Positions 20,455 through 29,113 of a DNA stretch of 64,000 nucleotides are shown here, one piece after another; position 1 is the stretch's first letter, and each line of letters opens with the position of its first letter. Location of the stretch: assembly GCA_024280775.1 (NCBI GenBank), contig JAJRPM010000004.1, forward strand, positions 391,054-455,053, read 5' to 3'. The DNA comes from Candidatus Zixiibacteriota bacterium. GTDB lineage: Bacteria > Zixibacteria > MSB-5A5 > GN15 > JACZUZ01. The translations under genes were made by a program, and so were the position numbers. The notes under the pieces are model-generated. The model saw only the letters and a list, made by a program, of their open reading frames with translations. It was not told where the DNA came from and made no database searches.

Positions 20455-21297
20455 CTAGCGATAGCGCTCTGCTCGCTCTTGCATGCGCTCGAAATATTCG
20501 TAAGGAACTTGCATCTGGCCGATTTCGCCATGATGGTCGTTCCTTCCATGATAATCACTTCCACCGGAAATCGCCAACCCATGCGCTTTGGCCGCTTTGC
20601 GATATTTCTTGCGCTGAGAAGTAGAATTAGCCGGATGCAGGACCTCGATACAGTCTAATCCGAAGCCAACTAACCTTTCAACTTCATTTTCCGCCCCGTT
20701 GATAGCCGGATGGGCCAGTGAGATTATCCCGCCGGATTCATGAACCAGGTCGATTGCGGCATTGGGAGAGATATTCTCTTTTTCGACGAAACCCGGCTTT
20801 TGATAGCCTATCCAGGTGTAGAACGCCTCATCGTAGGATTGGATGGCACCGGATTTCAGTAGCGCATCAGCAATATGCGGCCGACCAATCGGACTGCCAT
20901 CAGCGATCTCCAATACACTCTCAATAGTTATCTCTAATCCTGCGGCATTAAGTTTTTCGACCATGCGTTCGCCGCGAGTTTCACGGCGGCGACTGAATTC
21001 GTTCACGGCTTCATCAATAGGACTGCCCGCGGCAATTGCATCGGTGTGGAAAAAATACGCCAGCATGTGCAAGTCCTCACCGGGGTCACCGGCGGAGAGT
21101 TCGATAGCGGTGACTAGAGTCGGGTCACCGGGTTGCATTAGCTTGCGCAATTCGGCGCTTCCGGCGAATGTGTCATGGTCTGTGACAGCGAAGGCGCTGA
21201 CACCGGAGGCTCGCACAAGCTCAATTAGCTTCGCCGGACTCTTCAATCCGTCGGAAGCGGTGGTATGCATGTGCATGTCAATTGTCTTGTTCATCAA
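20455..21297 (-). CDS. PHP-domain phosphoesterase
   Basis: IDMHMHTTASDG N-terminal motif plus later His motifs (LAHP, GGSDYHG). It overlaps the ftcD stop by 4 nt. Confidence 0.8.
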   Translation of the reverse strand: MMNKTIDMHMHTTASDGLKSPAKLIELVRASGVSAFAVTDHDTFAGSAELRKLMQPGDPTLVTAIELSAGDPGEDLHMLAYFFHTDAIAAGSPIDEAVNEFSRRRETRGERMVEKLNAAGLEITIESVLEIADGSPIGRPHIADALLKSGAIQSYDEAFYTWIGYQKPGFVEKENISPNAAIDLVHESGGIISLAHPAINGAENEVERLVGFGLDCIEVLHPANSTSQRKKYRKAAKAHGLAISGGSDYHGRNDHHGEIGQMQVPYEYFERMQERAERYR

Positions 21298-22826
21298 ACG
21301 AGCGCCTTCTCAACTAGTTCGCGAATCTCCGCGCTTACCTTCTGGGCCTCGGGTATCATCTTAGCCAAACGCTCGGTTATCTCTTTGCAGAACTTCGCAT
21401 CGTCGAGGTCTTTGAGATTGATGCGCGCATTGTATCCGGCGCCCTCGATTCCCGCGAGCGCCATAAGCCCGGCGACTCCGGCATCGGTGATTGAATTCGG
21501 ATTTCCCTTCTCGGCGACAACTCTCGCCAAACGTAACGACGCCAATGAACTTTCTACAACTTTCATTGGAACTAGTGTTGCATTGCGTGAGCTTTCTGCG
21601 ATCGCGGCTGTGCGCGCGGAAATTTGTTTGTCATTACTCTTCGGGAGAGCAAACGCCGCCATCACTGCGTCGAAGGCTTTTTCGTCCTCGACTATTAGCT
21701 CAGTTAGCTCTTTTCTCAGAGCGTCAGCCTTGGTAGAGACTTCCAGAAGCTCGTCACGCACAGCGGCGAATTTCTTTTTCTTTACCGTCAAACGGCAAAC
21801 CATGCCAGCCAAGGCCGCCGCTAGCGCTCCGGCGGAAGCCGAAACTGAGCCACCTCCCGGCGCAGGTGACGATGATGCAACATCGGCATAGAAGTTTGAA
21901 GAACTACCGCCCTCTCCCCCGCCGACTACCTGCTTGAGTTTGTTTTCCAGAACCTGGTCCGGGCTGAAATTCTCCAAACGTAAATAGAACTCTGATACAT
22001 CCATGAGAGCGGCCTGCGGAACCAGTCCGATTAGCTCCGATGAAGTGACAGCCACGCCATATCTTTCGGCCTCGGATTTTATCATTTCGAAAACCCGGTA
22101 AACAGGGGACTTGGTGTAGTTCACCAAATTCATTGACACCTGAACCTGATTGCGCTCTTTGATTTCAAAGCCAAGCGCTTTTACGAAGCGCAACCCACCG
22201 CGCAAGTGACGCACTGCATCGGCGATCTTTTGAGCTACAGTAATATCATTGGTCCCGAGATAGACATTGTAGGCCACCAGCGGGAAACGCGCGCCTATAG
22301 CCGTTGCTCCGGCCTTTAGATTCATCTTTGAAGGACCGTAGTCTGGCTTGCGCGATGCTACAGTTTCTATTTCATCGCGAATCCCCTCGTATTGCCCGCG
22401 GCGGGCTTTGGCGAGATTCTTGCGTCCTGCAACTTTCGCGGCGTCTTCATACATGTAAACCGGAATGTCTAATTCGCTTCCGACCTTTGCGCCGAGTTGA
22501 TTGGCGAGAGTGACAGCGTCTTCCATTGTGACACCATCGAGCGGCACCAATGGGCAAACATCGGTGGCGCCCATGCGCGGATGTTCACCGGTATGCGTTT
22601 GCATATCTATCAACTCTGCGGCTTTGGCAATGCCACGAAATGCCGCTTCTACTACGACATCAGGATCACTCGCAAAAGTCACAACCGCCCGGTTGTGATC
22701 CGGGTCCATCTCCTGCGCGAGCGCGTAGGCGCCGTCGACAGAAGTTATTGCCGCCACGATTTCATCAATTACTTCGGGCCGACGGCCTTCGGAGAAATTT
22801 GGTATACATTCTATTAATTTGCTCAT
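21294..22826 (-). CDS. ftcD: Bifunctional glutamate formimidoyltransferase / formimidoyl-THF cyclodeaminase
   Basis: The N-terminus reads ECIPNFSEGR (formiminotransferase). The C-terminal roughly 200 aa is helical with SPAPGGGSVSA, a cyclodeaminase-type motif. Confidence 0.8.
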   Translation of the reverse strand: MSKLIECIPNFSEGRRPEVIDEIVAAITSVDGAYALAQEMDPDHNRAVVTFASDPDVVVEAAFRGIAKAAELIDMQTHTGEHPRMGATDVCPLVPLDGVTMEDAVTLANQLGAKVGSELDIPVYMYEDAAKVAGRKNLAKARRGQYEGIRDEIETVASRKPDYGPSKMNLKAGATAIGARFPLVAYNVYLGTNDITVAQKIADAVRHLRGGLRFVKALGFEIKERNQVQVSMNLVNYTKSPVYRVFEMIKSEAERYGVAVTSSELIGLVPQAALMDVSEFYLRLENFSPDQVLENKLKQVVGGGEGGSSSNFYADVASSSPAPGGGSVSASAGALAAALAGMVCRLTVKKKKFAAVRDELLEVSTKADALRKELTELIVEDEKAFDAVMAAFALPKSNDKQISARTAAIAESSRNATLVPMKVVESSLASLRLARVVAEKGNPNSITDAGVAGLMALAGIEGAGYNARINLKDLDDAKFCKEITERLAKMIPEAQKVSAEIRELVEKALV

Positions 22827-22875
22827 GGTTACTCTATTTGTAATAATGTGTGTGTTGTTGTTTTTCTGATAAATT

Positions 22876-22917
22876 GTCGGGTTTCTTTGTCACATGAATG
22901 TGACTACGGAACCCGAC
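22876..22917. promoter_or_regulatory. Nested hairpin in the intergenic space between the DHS-like gene and ftcD
   Basis: The outer stem is GTCGGGTT (22876-83) paired with AACCCGAC (22910-17). The inner perfect stem is GTCACA (22889-94), loop TGAA, then TGTGAC (22899-904). Confidence 0.55.
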
Positions 22918-22974
22918 CTACTTGATTGACATGTGTTGCTCTATGTGATTAGACACAGAGAAACTTCTTTTATG

Positions 22975-23988
22975 TCAAAGTTTTTTCTTTTGCATTCCTT
23001 TGAGGCCCCAAGCCAGTAAGGGGACCATGATTTCGTGGTGGCCTATGAATTCGAAACCGGCCCCGGTTTTTTGTGTCGGGCGTTGCACTACATTCTGCGT
23101 GGGACGATAGCTACGAATCATATCGAAATTCGCAGTTACTATCTTTCCTGTGTTTTTGGAACCGCCTTTACTCGAGCGCTCTATGTTCCTCGCGACAGTT
23201 AGGGCTTTTAGAAACACTTCGGGAAGTAACGAGGTTGAACCGATATTCACAAACACCCCACCCCGGTCTGCGCTTTGTGCGACAGTTGCAAGTAGGCGAA
23301 AATCATGATGTGAACTTTCGCCAGCCAACGCTCCAGAAAATGACGGATGTTGCGCTACTATATCGGTGCCGATTCCTACATGAATGGTCGCCGGCATTCT
23401 TAGCCTTGCGGCTTCAGCAAGAATAGAGAGTCGGGCATTGGGGGCTTTCTTCGCGCGAATCAACTCTCCTGCGGCCTGACCGAGACCACAACCTTTTTCT
23501 CCCGAGAGTTCAAGCGCCCCGCAAAACAGATCGGCAGTTTCTTTAGCCATTCCAAAACTTCCATCATTGAGACCACTTTGCACGTCCTCGCTAGTCCCGC
23601 CCCAGAAAGCTAATTCCAAATCATGTATCACACCTGCGCCATTAAACGAGACACCGGTAATGATTTTACGTTTCATCAAGTCAATAACAATCGGACTGAG
23701 TCCAACTTTGATTACATGCGCGCCCATCATCCAATGGAAAGGTAGTCCTTTGGCGCGCGCGGTTTGCGCCAAACTGATGAAACGGCGCAAGTCTGCGCCT
23801 TTTAACTGGTTGGGCAAAGAGTCAAAGAAGCGCTGTGCGCCACTGGCGCTAAGCGGGGTTGCCATGTCGCTGAGTTTCACTTTGTTGGCCCGGGTACGTA
23901 TCGGACGAGTGGTGACCTTCGATAAATCTATCGGCTTTGGATACTCAGCTTTGTTTGAGGATTTGCCAGTGGGTTTCTTGCGTTCCAT
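22975..23988 (-). CDS. Deoxyhypusine-synthase-family (DHS-like) protein
   Basis: Contains GAHVIKVGLSPIVIDLM...SFNGAGVIHDLELAFWGGTSEDV, a pattern I recognise from bacterial DHS homologs. Recognition is by memory only. Confidence 0.55.
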   Translation of the reverse strand: MERKKPTGKSSNKAEYPKPIDLSKVTTRPIRTRANKVKLSDMATPLSASGAQRFFDSLPNQLKGADLRRFISLAQTARAKGLPFHWMMGAHVIKVGLSPIVIDLMKRKIITGVSFNGAGVIHDLELAFWGGTSEDVQSGLNDGSFGMAKETADLFCGALELSGEKGCGLGQAAGELIRAKKAPNARLSILAEAARLRMPATIHVGIGTDIVAQHPSFSGALAGESSHHDFRLLATVAQSADRGGVFVNIGSTSLLPEVFLKALTVARNIERSSKGGSKNTGKIVTANFDMIRSYRPTQNVVQRPTQKTGAGFEFIGHHEIMVPLLAWGLKGMQKKKL

Positions 23989-24043
23989 GATACTCTATCT
24001 TCTCTATCTCACTTGCCGAATATGGAACACTGGAAACACTTCG

Positions 24044-24880
24044 TTAGAATTGCTCAATTTCACCCAACTTGTAGGCTTTCAAAGTGACATCAATCGATCC
24101 GACAATAACTTTAGACTTCATTCTCACTGGCATCTTGAGACGATCGTCAGTCAGCCAAACTGTCATACGGCCCTCATGTTTGAACACTCCGGCGGCTTTT
24201 AGCATGGGTTCGACGACAATGCAGTCAAACTCGCCTGCGGGAACCTCAATAGTTTCTTTGCGCAACACCTTCACTTCAAACGGCGTTACTTTTCCGCGAG
24301 TGAAATTTTGCATTGTCACCGAGGAGCCAACTTTGAGATCAAGAGTGCGAACATAGTAGAAAGCGCTTAACACATCCTGAATAAACGGCGGCGTTTCGGT
24401 TGTGTCACCTTCGTAGATTGCAAGGTTGTTAAGTTGATCAAAATCGTAAATACGGTCTGACTTGTAGGTTCCCTCTCGCAGGCGCCTGTCAAAATGCCAG
24501 CTTGATAGTCCAACCGCATCGACAATTGTTTCGACTGTATCATTAACCGGGAAAATCGAATTGAAGAAGCTGTTAGAGTGCGCTTGGGTTTGGATATAGT
24601 AGCAAGGACGCCCTGCCCACTCTACAATACCCAACACGCGCATCTGCGCTTCGCCGGCGTTTATGAAACCATAGTTGATATCGAAGATTAACTCCTCACC
24701 GACACCAAAAGAAAGATTCACAGCGCCGCGATCCAGCGGGTCTGTTTCGTCGATAGCGGTAGAGAGAGAATCAACTCCAAGCTTGTTAATCTCGGAACTG
24801 TCACTGAGAGTTTGGGCGGCTCCGTATTCCACTTTGAAAAAATATGCCAGCGGAATTGTACCGACTGCCATAATCAACAA
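24044..24880 (-). CDS. DUF3108-like lipid-binding-fold protein
   Basis: Contains GEELIFDINYGFINAGEAQMRV ... DVLSAFYYVRTLDL ... VPAGEFDCIVVEP ... TVWLTDDRLKMPVRM, a typical DUF3108 layout. Confidence 0.6.
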   Translation of the reverse strand: MLIMAVGTIPLAYFFKVEYGAAQTLSDSSEINKLGVDSLSTAIDETDPLDRGAVNLSFGVGEELIFDINYGFINAGEAQMRVLGIVEWAGRPCYYIQTQAHSNSFFNSIFPVNDTVETIVDAVGLSSWHFDRRLREGTYKSDRIYDFDQLNNLAIYEGDTTETPPFIQDVLSAFYYVRTLDLKVGSSVTMQNFTRGKVTPFEVKVLRKETIEVPAGEFDCIVVEPMLKAAGVFKHEGRMTVWLTDDRLKMPVRMKSKVIVGSIDVTLKAYKLGEIEQF

Positions 24881-24945
24881 GAGGATGAGTTTACTGGTAT
24901 TGTGTAGAACGCGAGGGCTAATGGTACTGACTCCTTTTACTTACT

Positions 24946-25455
24946 TTACTGACTTCCGGCGAGTTTGTCTTGCGCCATAGATTCTAATTCTGGAAACATT
25001 CGCTGTAACTCACTATAGATTTCCAGGTACACTTCGTTATACACACTTTGACTCGAACCGATAGGGTCAAAGATACTTTCGCCGGTGTCTCCGTGTTCTG
25101 GAAAGGCTTTGAACAAATAGGTCTTGCTTTCAGATTCCGGAGCGATTCTGAGTATTGAATGATAATGCCCCGAGGAAAGAGCAAGAATAACATCCTGCTC
25201 CTCTATTAGTTCTTTGGTTAGTTGTTGTCCGCGATGTTCACTAAGCAGGCCGCCGCAGGTTTTCACCGCCACTTGCGCATACTCACTGGCCGGATGTCCC
25301 ACAACCGCGCCCACTCCCGATGAACTGACAAGAACATTGTCCACTTCGGCATTGTCGAACATCACACGCAGGATTTCCTCGGCCATAGGTGAGCGGCAGA
25401 TATTACCGGTGCAGACAAACATAACTCTGAAAACTCTATCTTGTTCTGCTGTCAT
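24946..25455 (-). CDS. Low-molecular-weight protein tyrosine phosphatase
   Basis: P-loop VMFVCTGNICRSPMAE. Confidence 0.85.
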   Translation of the reverse strand: MTAEQDRVFRVMFVCTGNICRSPMAEEILRVMFDNAEVDNVLVSSSGVGAVVGHPASEYAQVAVKTCGGLLSEHRGQQLTKELIEEQDVILALSSGHYHSILRIAPESESKTYLFKAFPEHGDTGESIFDPIGSSQSVYNEVYLEIYSELQRMFPELESMAQDKLAGSQ

Positions 25456-26186
25456 AGTTCTCTCACCTCAATATCATTCCCGGAAAATTCTTCATTAAGA
25501 AAAGCCCGGATTTCGGCGCAGGAGACAGCGCCCTCTCGCAAGACTTCAACACATTCCCTTGAACTATGTTCATCAGGACAACGCACCACAGTCGAAACAG
25601 GCCCTGACAATTCCCCATTATCAATATAGAGGGAAATATCATCCCCAAGTTGGCTACGGATTTCGGTCACCGAGGTTGGCGCGGCGGCTCCGGATATATT
25701 CGCGCTGGTGGCTGTTAATGGAAACCGAACCAGCGCGGAAAGTTTTGCTATGAAGTCTGAGTTGGAAACTCGAATTCCAATTTCTCTATTGCGGATGACT
25801 TTCTCCGATAAGACGCTCATGGCTTTGTCATTTGCCGAGAGAACGAGTGTCATAGGACCTGGCAGGAAATGGTCCCGCAGTTTTCCTGCAATCGTCGATA
25901 CTCTCGCCCATTGTTCTACTTCCGAAACCGATGCAACAAAGACTGAGCTTACCAGTTCAGTTGGTCTTTGCTTGGCAAGATATAGACGTTCCAACGCTGA
26001 TTCATCATCGGCGCGGCACAATAACCCATAGCGAGTTTCAGTTGGAGCCACTACTAATTGTCCAGCTTCAAGAGCTACGCGAGCTTGCTCCAGCGCTTCG
26101 GGAGCAGATTGTATTAGAATCGGGCTAACCGGACTCATGCGGTAGGTCGATTTTGGAGTTACGCTTGCTAATTGTTGCATGCTCAC
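25452..26186 (-). CDS. tsaC: L-threonylcarbamoyladenylate synthase (YrdC/Sua5 family)
   Basis: Contains VAPTETRYGLLCRADD and LTATSANISG. It overlaps the downstream PTP start by 4 nt. Confidence 0.8.
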   Translation of the reverse strand: MSMQQLASVTPKSTYRMSPVSPILIQSAPEALEQARVALEAGQLVVAPTETRYGLLCRADDESALERLYLAKQRPTELVSSVFVASVSEVEQWARVSTIAGKLRDHFLPGPMTLVLSANDKAMSVLSEKVIRNREIGIRVSNSDFIAKLSALVRFPLTATSANISGAAAPTSVTEIRSQLGDDISLYIDNGELSGPVSTVVRCPDEHSSRECVEVLREGAVSCAEIRAFLNEEFSGNDIEVREL

Positions 26187-26953
26187 TCATCAACATCTTC
26201 AGCGTTTGTAGTGTCACTAAGAGTATCTCCAAGCAGTGAATCAGCAAATAGCGAATCCAACACTCCCAGAGAATCCAGTGTTTCAAGATCCAGGCCTTCC
26301 ATCAGAATTGCGGTGCGCAGTGAATCAAAATATGCAGTCAACAGGGCTTGCGCCTCGGCGGACTTTTGCGGAGTCACACGCACACGCGCCACCCAACTAT
26401 CGGGGTAGCCGGCAGGTTTGACATAGTCTTTGAGATACTCTCTGGCAACTTTGGCATCCGGGAAATCTCCGATACGGACCTTGAAATACGGAACTTCGTA
26501 ATCCAGTGTCACGGTGTAGTCGAATATCTCGGTTGCGATTGAGCGCTCTAATGCAGCTTCGGTATACACTCGGGAATTGAAAAGCTGTATACGATAGGTG
26601 TCATAGGCTATAGTATCCGGTGAAAGCGCTATCTCCAGAATCGTTGAATCCTCGGATGGATTTTCTAGCCCGAAGGTTGAATCGAGAGCCAGATTTGTAA
26701 GACTATAAGTTACTGAATCACGAAGCGCTTCGGGTACAATTATCACATCACCTTGAGCGCCCAGAGGATCAAAGCTCAAATCGGCGCTAATATCCTGCTT
26801 ATCGGATGACGCTAGAGTCGTATCGGGCCTCGATGACGGTCTCTCGTCAACAGCCACTTGATTAGTCGGAGTGCAAGACCCTACTGCAAAGACAATCACA
26901 AGTAAGAGAGCCACTCCGGCAAGAAGTGTGGTTTTAGTTTGCTGTATTTTCAT
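26183..26953 (-). CDS. SPOR-domain lipoprotein-like protein
   Basis: It has a signal peptide with a Cys (VGSC). The C-terminal SPOR-like segment reads YRIQLFNSRVYTEAA ... YFKVRIGDFPDAKVAREY. Confidence 0.65.
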   Translation of the reverse strand: MKIQQTKTTLLAGVALLLVIVFAVGSCTPTNQVAVDERPSSRPDTTLASSDKQDISADLSFDPLGAQGDVIIVPEALRDSVTYSLTNLALDSTFGLENPSEDSTILEIALSPDTIAYDTYRIQLFNSRVYTEAALERSIATEIFDYTVTLDYEVPYFKVRIGDFPDAKVAREYLKDYVKPAGYPDSWVARVRVTPQKSAEAQALLTAYFDSLRTAILMEGLDLETLDSLGVLDSLFADSLLGDTLSDTTNAEDVDE

Positions 26954-26966
26954 CGTTGCGGATTAG

Positions 26967-28046
26967 CTAGAAATATTTGTCTGAATCATCGCGCTCGTTG
27001 ATTTTCGCCAGCAATTGCTTTATTTCACCAACCTTGGTCTTATGCGCCACCAAACACAGATCACCGCTCTTGACAATTACCAGGTCCGAAACGCCCAGTC
27101 CGGCGATTAGTCCTTCACCTTCATTATACACAGTCAGCTCATAGCTATCCTCAAGAACTGCATTGCCCACTACGACATTCCGGTCTGCATCCGGCTTCAT
27201 ATAGCGCTCCAGCGAATTCCAACTACCAACATCATCCCAAATAATATCCGCTTTTAACGTCAGGGTATTGCTAGATTTCTCCAAAACAGCAAAGTCAATT
27301 GAATCTGGAGTGGCTTCGTCGTAGAGTTTTTTGCGCGCAGAGTCCTCATCGGGAGTCCCGATTGATTTGGCGTAGGTTTGCAGTTGTTCGAAGGCCTCGG
27401 GGGAGTGTTCGGCAATGGCTTTCATGATGGTCTTTACTGACCAAATGAACATGCCGGAATTCCAAAGATGCTCGCGGCCATAGTAGTATTTCTGCGCAAT
27501 CAATAAACGCGGCTTCTCAGCGAATTCTTCCACCTCATAGATGGTTATCCCCGCTTCCATCTTGTATGGCTTGCCGAGTTTGATATATCCATAGCCAGTT
27601 TCAGCGCGGGAGGGGGCAATGCCGATTGTAATCAAGAAGTCTTCTTTGGCGGCTACCGAGGCCCCAAATTTGATAATTGCGCGCAGACGCTCCGGCGGGT
27701 TGATTAGATGGTCAGCTGAAAGCACAATCATGACACCATCGGGGTCTTGCTTTTGGATATGCACAGCAGCGAGACCAATCGCAAAAAGTGTATTGCGTCC
27801 TTGAGGCTCAACTAGCAGGTGTTTGTCGTCGAGATAGTCTATTTCTTTGAGGATAGCCTCGCTGATTTCCTCGCCGGTAACAATCATGGTCTTATCCAGC
27901 GGAACCAGCGGCAATATTCTGTCGATTGTCTCCTGCAACATCGTTTTCTCTGATGTCAGGGCCAATAGCTGTTTGGGGCGTTTGCGGCGGGACAACGGCC
28001 AAAACCGCTCTCCTCGTCCACCTGCCATTATTACGTTGTAAATCAA
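26967..28046 (-). CDS. manC: Mannose-1-phosphate guanylyltransferase
   Basis: N-terminal VIMAGGRGERFWPLSR and the following nucleotidyltransferase motifs. Confidence 0.85.
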   Translation of the reverse strand: MIYNVIMAGGRGERFWPLSRRKRPKQLLALTSEKTMLQETIDRILPLVPLDKTMIVTGEEISEAILKEIDYLDDKHLLVEPQGRNTLFAIGLAAVHIQKQDPDGVMIVLSADHLINPPERLRAIIKFGASVAAKEDFLITIGIAPSRAETGYGYIKLGKPYKMEAGITIYEVEEFAEKPRLLIAQKYYYGREHLWNSGMFIWSVKTIMKAIAEHSPEAFEQLQTYAKSIGTPDEDSARKKLYDEATPDSIDFAVLEKSSNTLTLKADIIWDDVGSWNSLERYMKPDADRNVVVGNAVLEDSYELTVYNEGEGLIAGLGVSDLVIVKSGDLCLVAHKTKVGEIKQLLAKINERDDSDKYF

Positions 28047-28117
28047 GGACTTACCCTTATTTGACTCATTATCTCTCGGCCAATTTCAGCTAGAAAAAAG
28101 CCCACAATACTGCCACG

Positions 28118-28146
28118 ATAATACCCGCGCGCTAAGTGTAAGTCAA
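28118..28146 (-). promoter_or_regulatory. Candidate sigma-70 promoter for manC (TTGACT-17 nt-TATTAT)
   Basis: On the minus strand, -35 TTGACT is at 28146-28141, the spacer is 17 nt, and -10 TATTAT is at 28123-28118. This lies about 70 nt upstream of the ATG at 28046. Confidence 0.55.
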
Positions 28147-28274
28147 GGTTGAGTATAGGGGGTGAAACCGGAGAAGCTAACGTCCGAAAGGCGGGAATGT
28201 GTCCTGAAGCGTGAAAGGTTACAAAACCATCAAATCAGAGAAATCCAGCCAAAGTAATCCAGAGACGAGAATAC

Positions 28275-28757
28275 TCAAGCAGTCCGCTTGGAATCATCGA
28301 TTCGCTGGACGCGCATTTTACAACCTATTATGTAGAGGATCTCAACTACTTCTCCCGCCGGGACCGGCTCGTCACAAACCGCCCCCCAAACTTCGCCGTG
28401 CTCTATCACCTGGCCAGTGTCGTAAAACGGCATTAAGTCCCGAATCACTAACGCCTCTCTCCGGCGTGGTTGATATTGTTTTGAAAGGTTCGAAGGATCA
28501 CCGGGGAACAGTGACCATATCAATGGCAAGCCGGCAAATAAAGTAATTTGCGCTAGCGCAAATTCAGGAAATACATAAGCATAGACAGCAACTATGACCG
28601 CAAATAGGGCTATCTTGAGAAACTTAAACCCCAGGGCGAGTGAAACAAGAGCGAACACAACTGCTACAGCCCACCAAAACAGTGGCGCTGCTTTCGTTAC
28701 AATTGCAATTGTGTTACCAAACTTGGCGACAACCAAACTAACACTAGCCGAATCCAT
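28275..28757 (-). CDS. NfeD-like membrane protein
   Basis: It has three or four N-terminal TM helices. The C-terminus is OB-fold-like (GQVIEHGEVWGAVCDEPVPAGEVVEILYIIGCKMRVQRI). I chose the start at the Met preceded by GGAAGGAG-N8-ATG rather than the GTG at 28850. Confidence 0.6.
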   Translation of the reverse strand: MDSASVSLVVAKFGNTIAIVTKAAPLFWWAVAVVFALVSLALGFKFLKIALFAVIVAVYAYVFPEFALAQITLFAGLPLIWSLFPGDPSNLSKQYQPRRREALVIRDLMPFYDTGQVIEHGEVWGAVCDEPVPAGEVVEILYIIGCKMRVQRIDDSKRTA

Positions 28758-28902
28758 GGCGAACAACTCCTTCCCAGCGCATGGCAGAACCGAAACCGTC
28801 ACATGCACCGCACAAAGCTTAGCCCAAGAACACCTCAATACTGGCTTCACTAAACAGGCTCATCATACAGCGCGTCACTAGCCCTACCTTATGCACTGCA
28901 TA

Positions 28903-28931
28903 AGTATAGCGCTATTTGCGAACAATTGCAA
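28903..28931 (-). promoter_or_regulatory. Candidate sigma-70 promoter (TTGCAA-17 nt-TATACT) for the NfeD-like gene
   Basis: On the minus strand, -35 is at 28931-28926, the spacer is exactly 17 nt, and -10 is at 28908-28903. The palindrome CTTATGCA-C-TGCATAAG (28888-28904) overlaps the -10 and the expected start site. Confidence 0.5.
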
Positions 28932-28938
28932 CTTCTTT

Positions 28939-29022
28939 GTGACATATGCCACTTGTTCGTAGTGTGACACGTCACAGTGACATTACAACATTACACTTGG
29001 AGGCTGTCACTACTTAGTGACA
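28939..29022. promoter_or_regulatory. Cluster of six GTGACA/TGTCAC-type hexamers forming overlapping inverted repeats
   Basis: GTGACA occurs at 28939, 28964, 28977 and 29017. GTCACA occurs at 28971 and TGTCAC at 29005. These include TGTGAC-AC-GTCACA and TGTCAC-N6-GTGACA. Confidence 0.45.
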
Positions 29023-29052
29023 CTTCAACATCCTCAGTAAACACACTCACAT

Positions 29053-29089
29053 ACAAAAAGAGCCGGGGCCTTAGTTAGGCCCCGGCTCT
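29053..29089 (-). terminator. Rho-independent terminator of the cytochrome module
   Basis: A perfect 12-bp GC-rich stem, AGAGCCGGGGCC (29059-70) with GGCCCCGGCTCT (29078-89), and a 7-nt loop. On the minus strand it is followed by TTTTTG. It lies 25 nt after the stop at 29114. Confidence 0.85.
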
Positions 29090-29113
29090 ATCACAAGTTA
29101 CAACGGCGGATAG

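Noticed and set aside
21265-21891. Long antisense ORFs opposite well-supported genes. Examples are 21265-21891, 20843-21364, 14144-14695, 16386-16934, 41657-42220 and 54814-55257.
   Set aside because: These are shadow ORFs with Ala/Ser/Arg-rich low-complexity composition. They have no ribosome-binding site, and each is fully contained within a gene whose product carries strong family motifs.
28147-28274. A possible structured ncRNA or riboswitch between the NfeD-like gene and the manC promoter (GGGGGTGAAACCGGAGAAGC...CCGAAAGGCGGGAA).
   Set aside because: Only short, weak stems can be drawn by hand, and it resembles no riboswitch consensus that I know. It more likely holds the 3' UTR and the promoter-upstream region.
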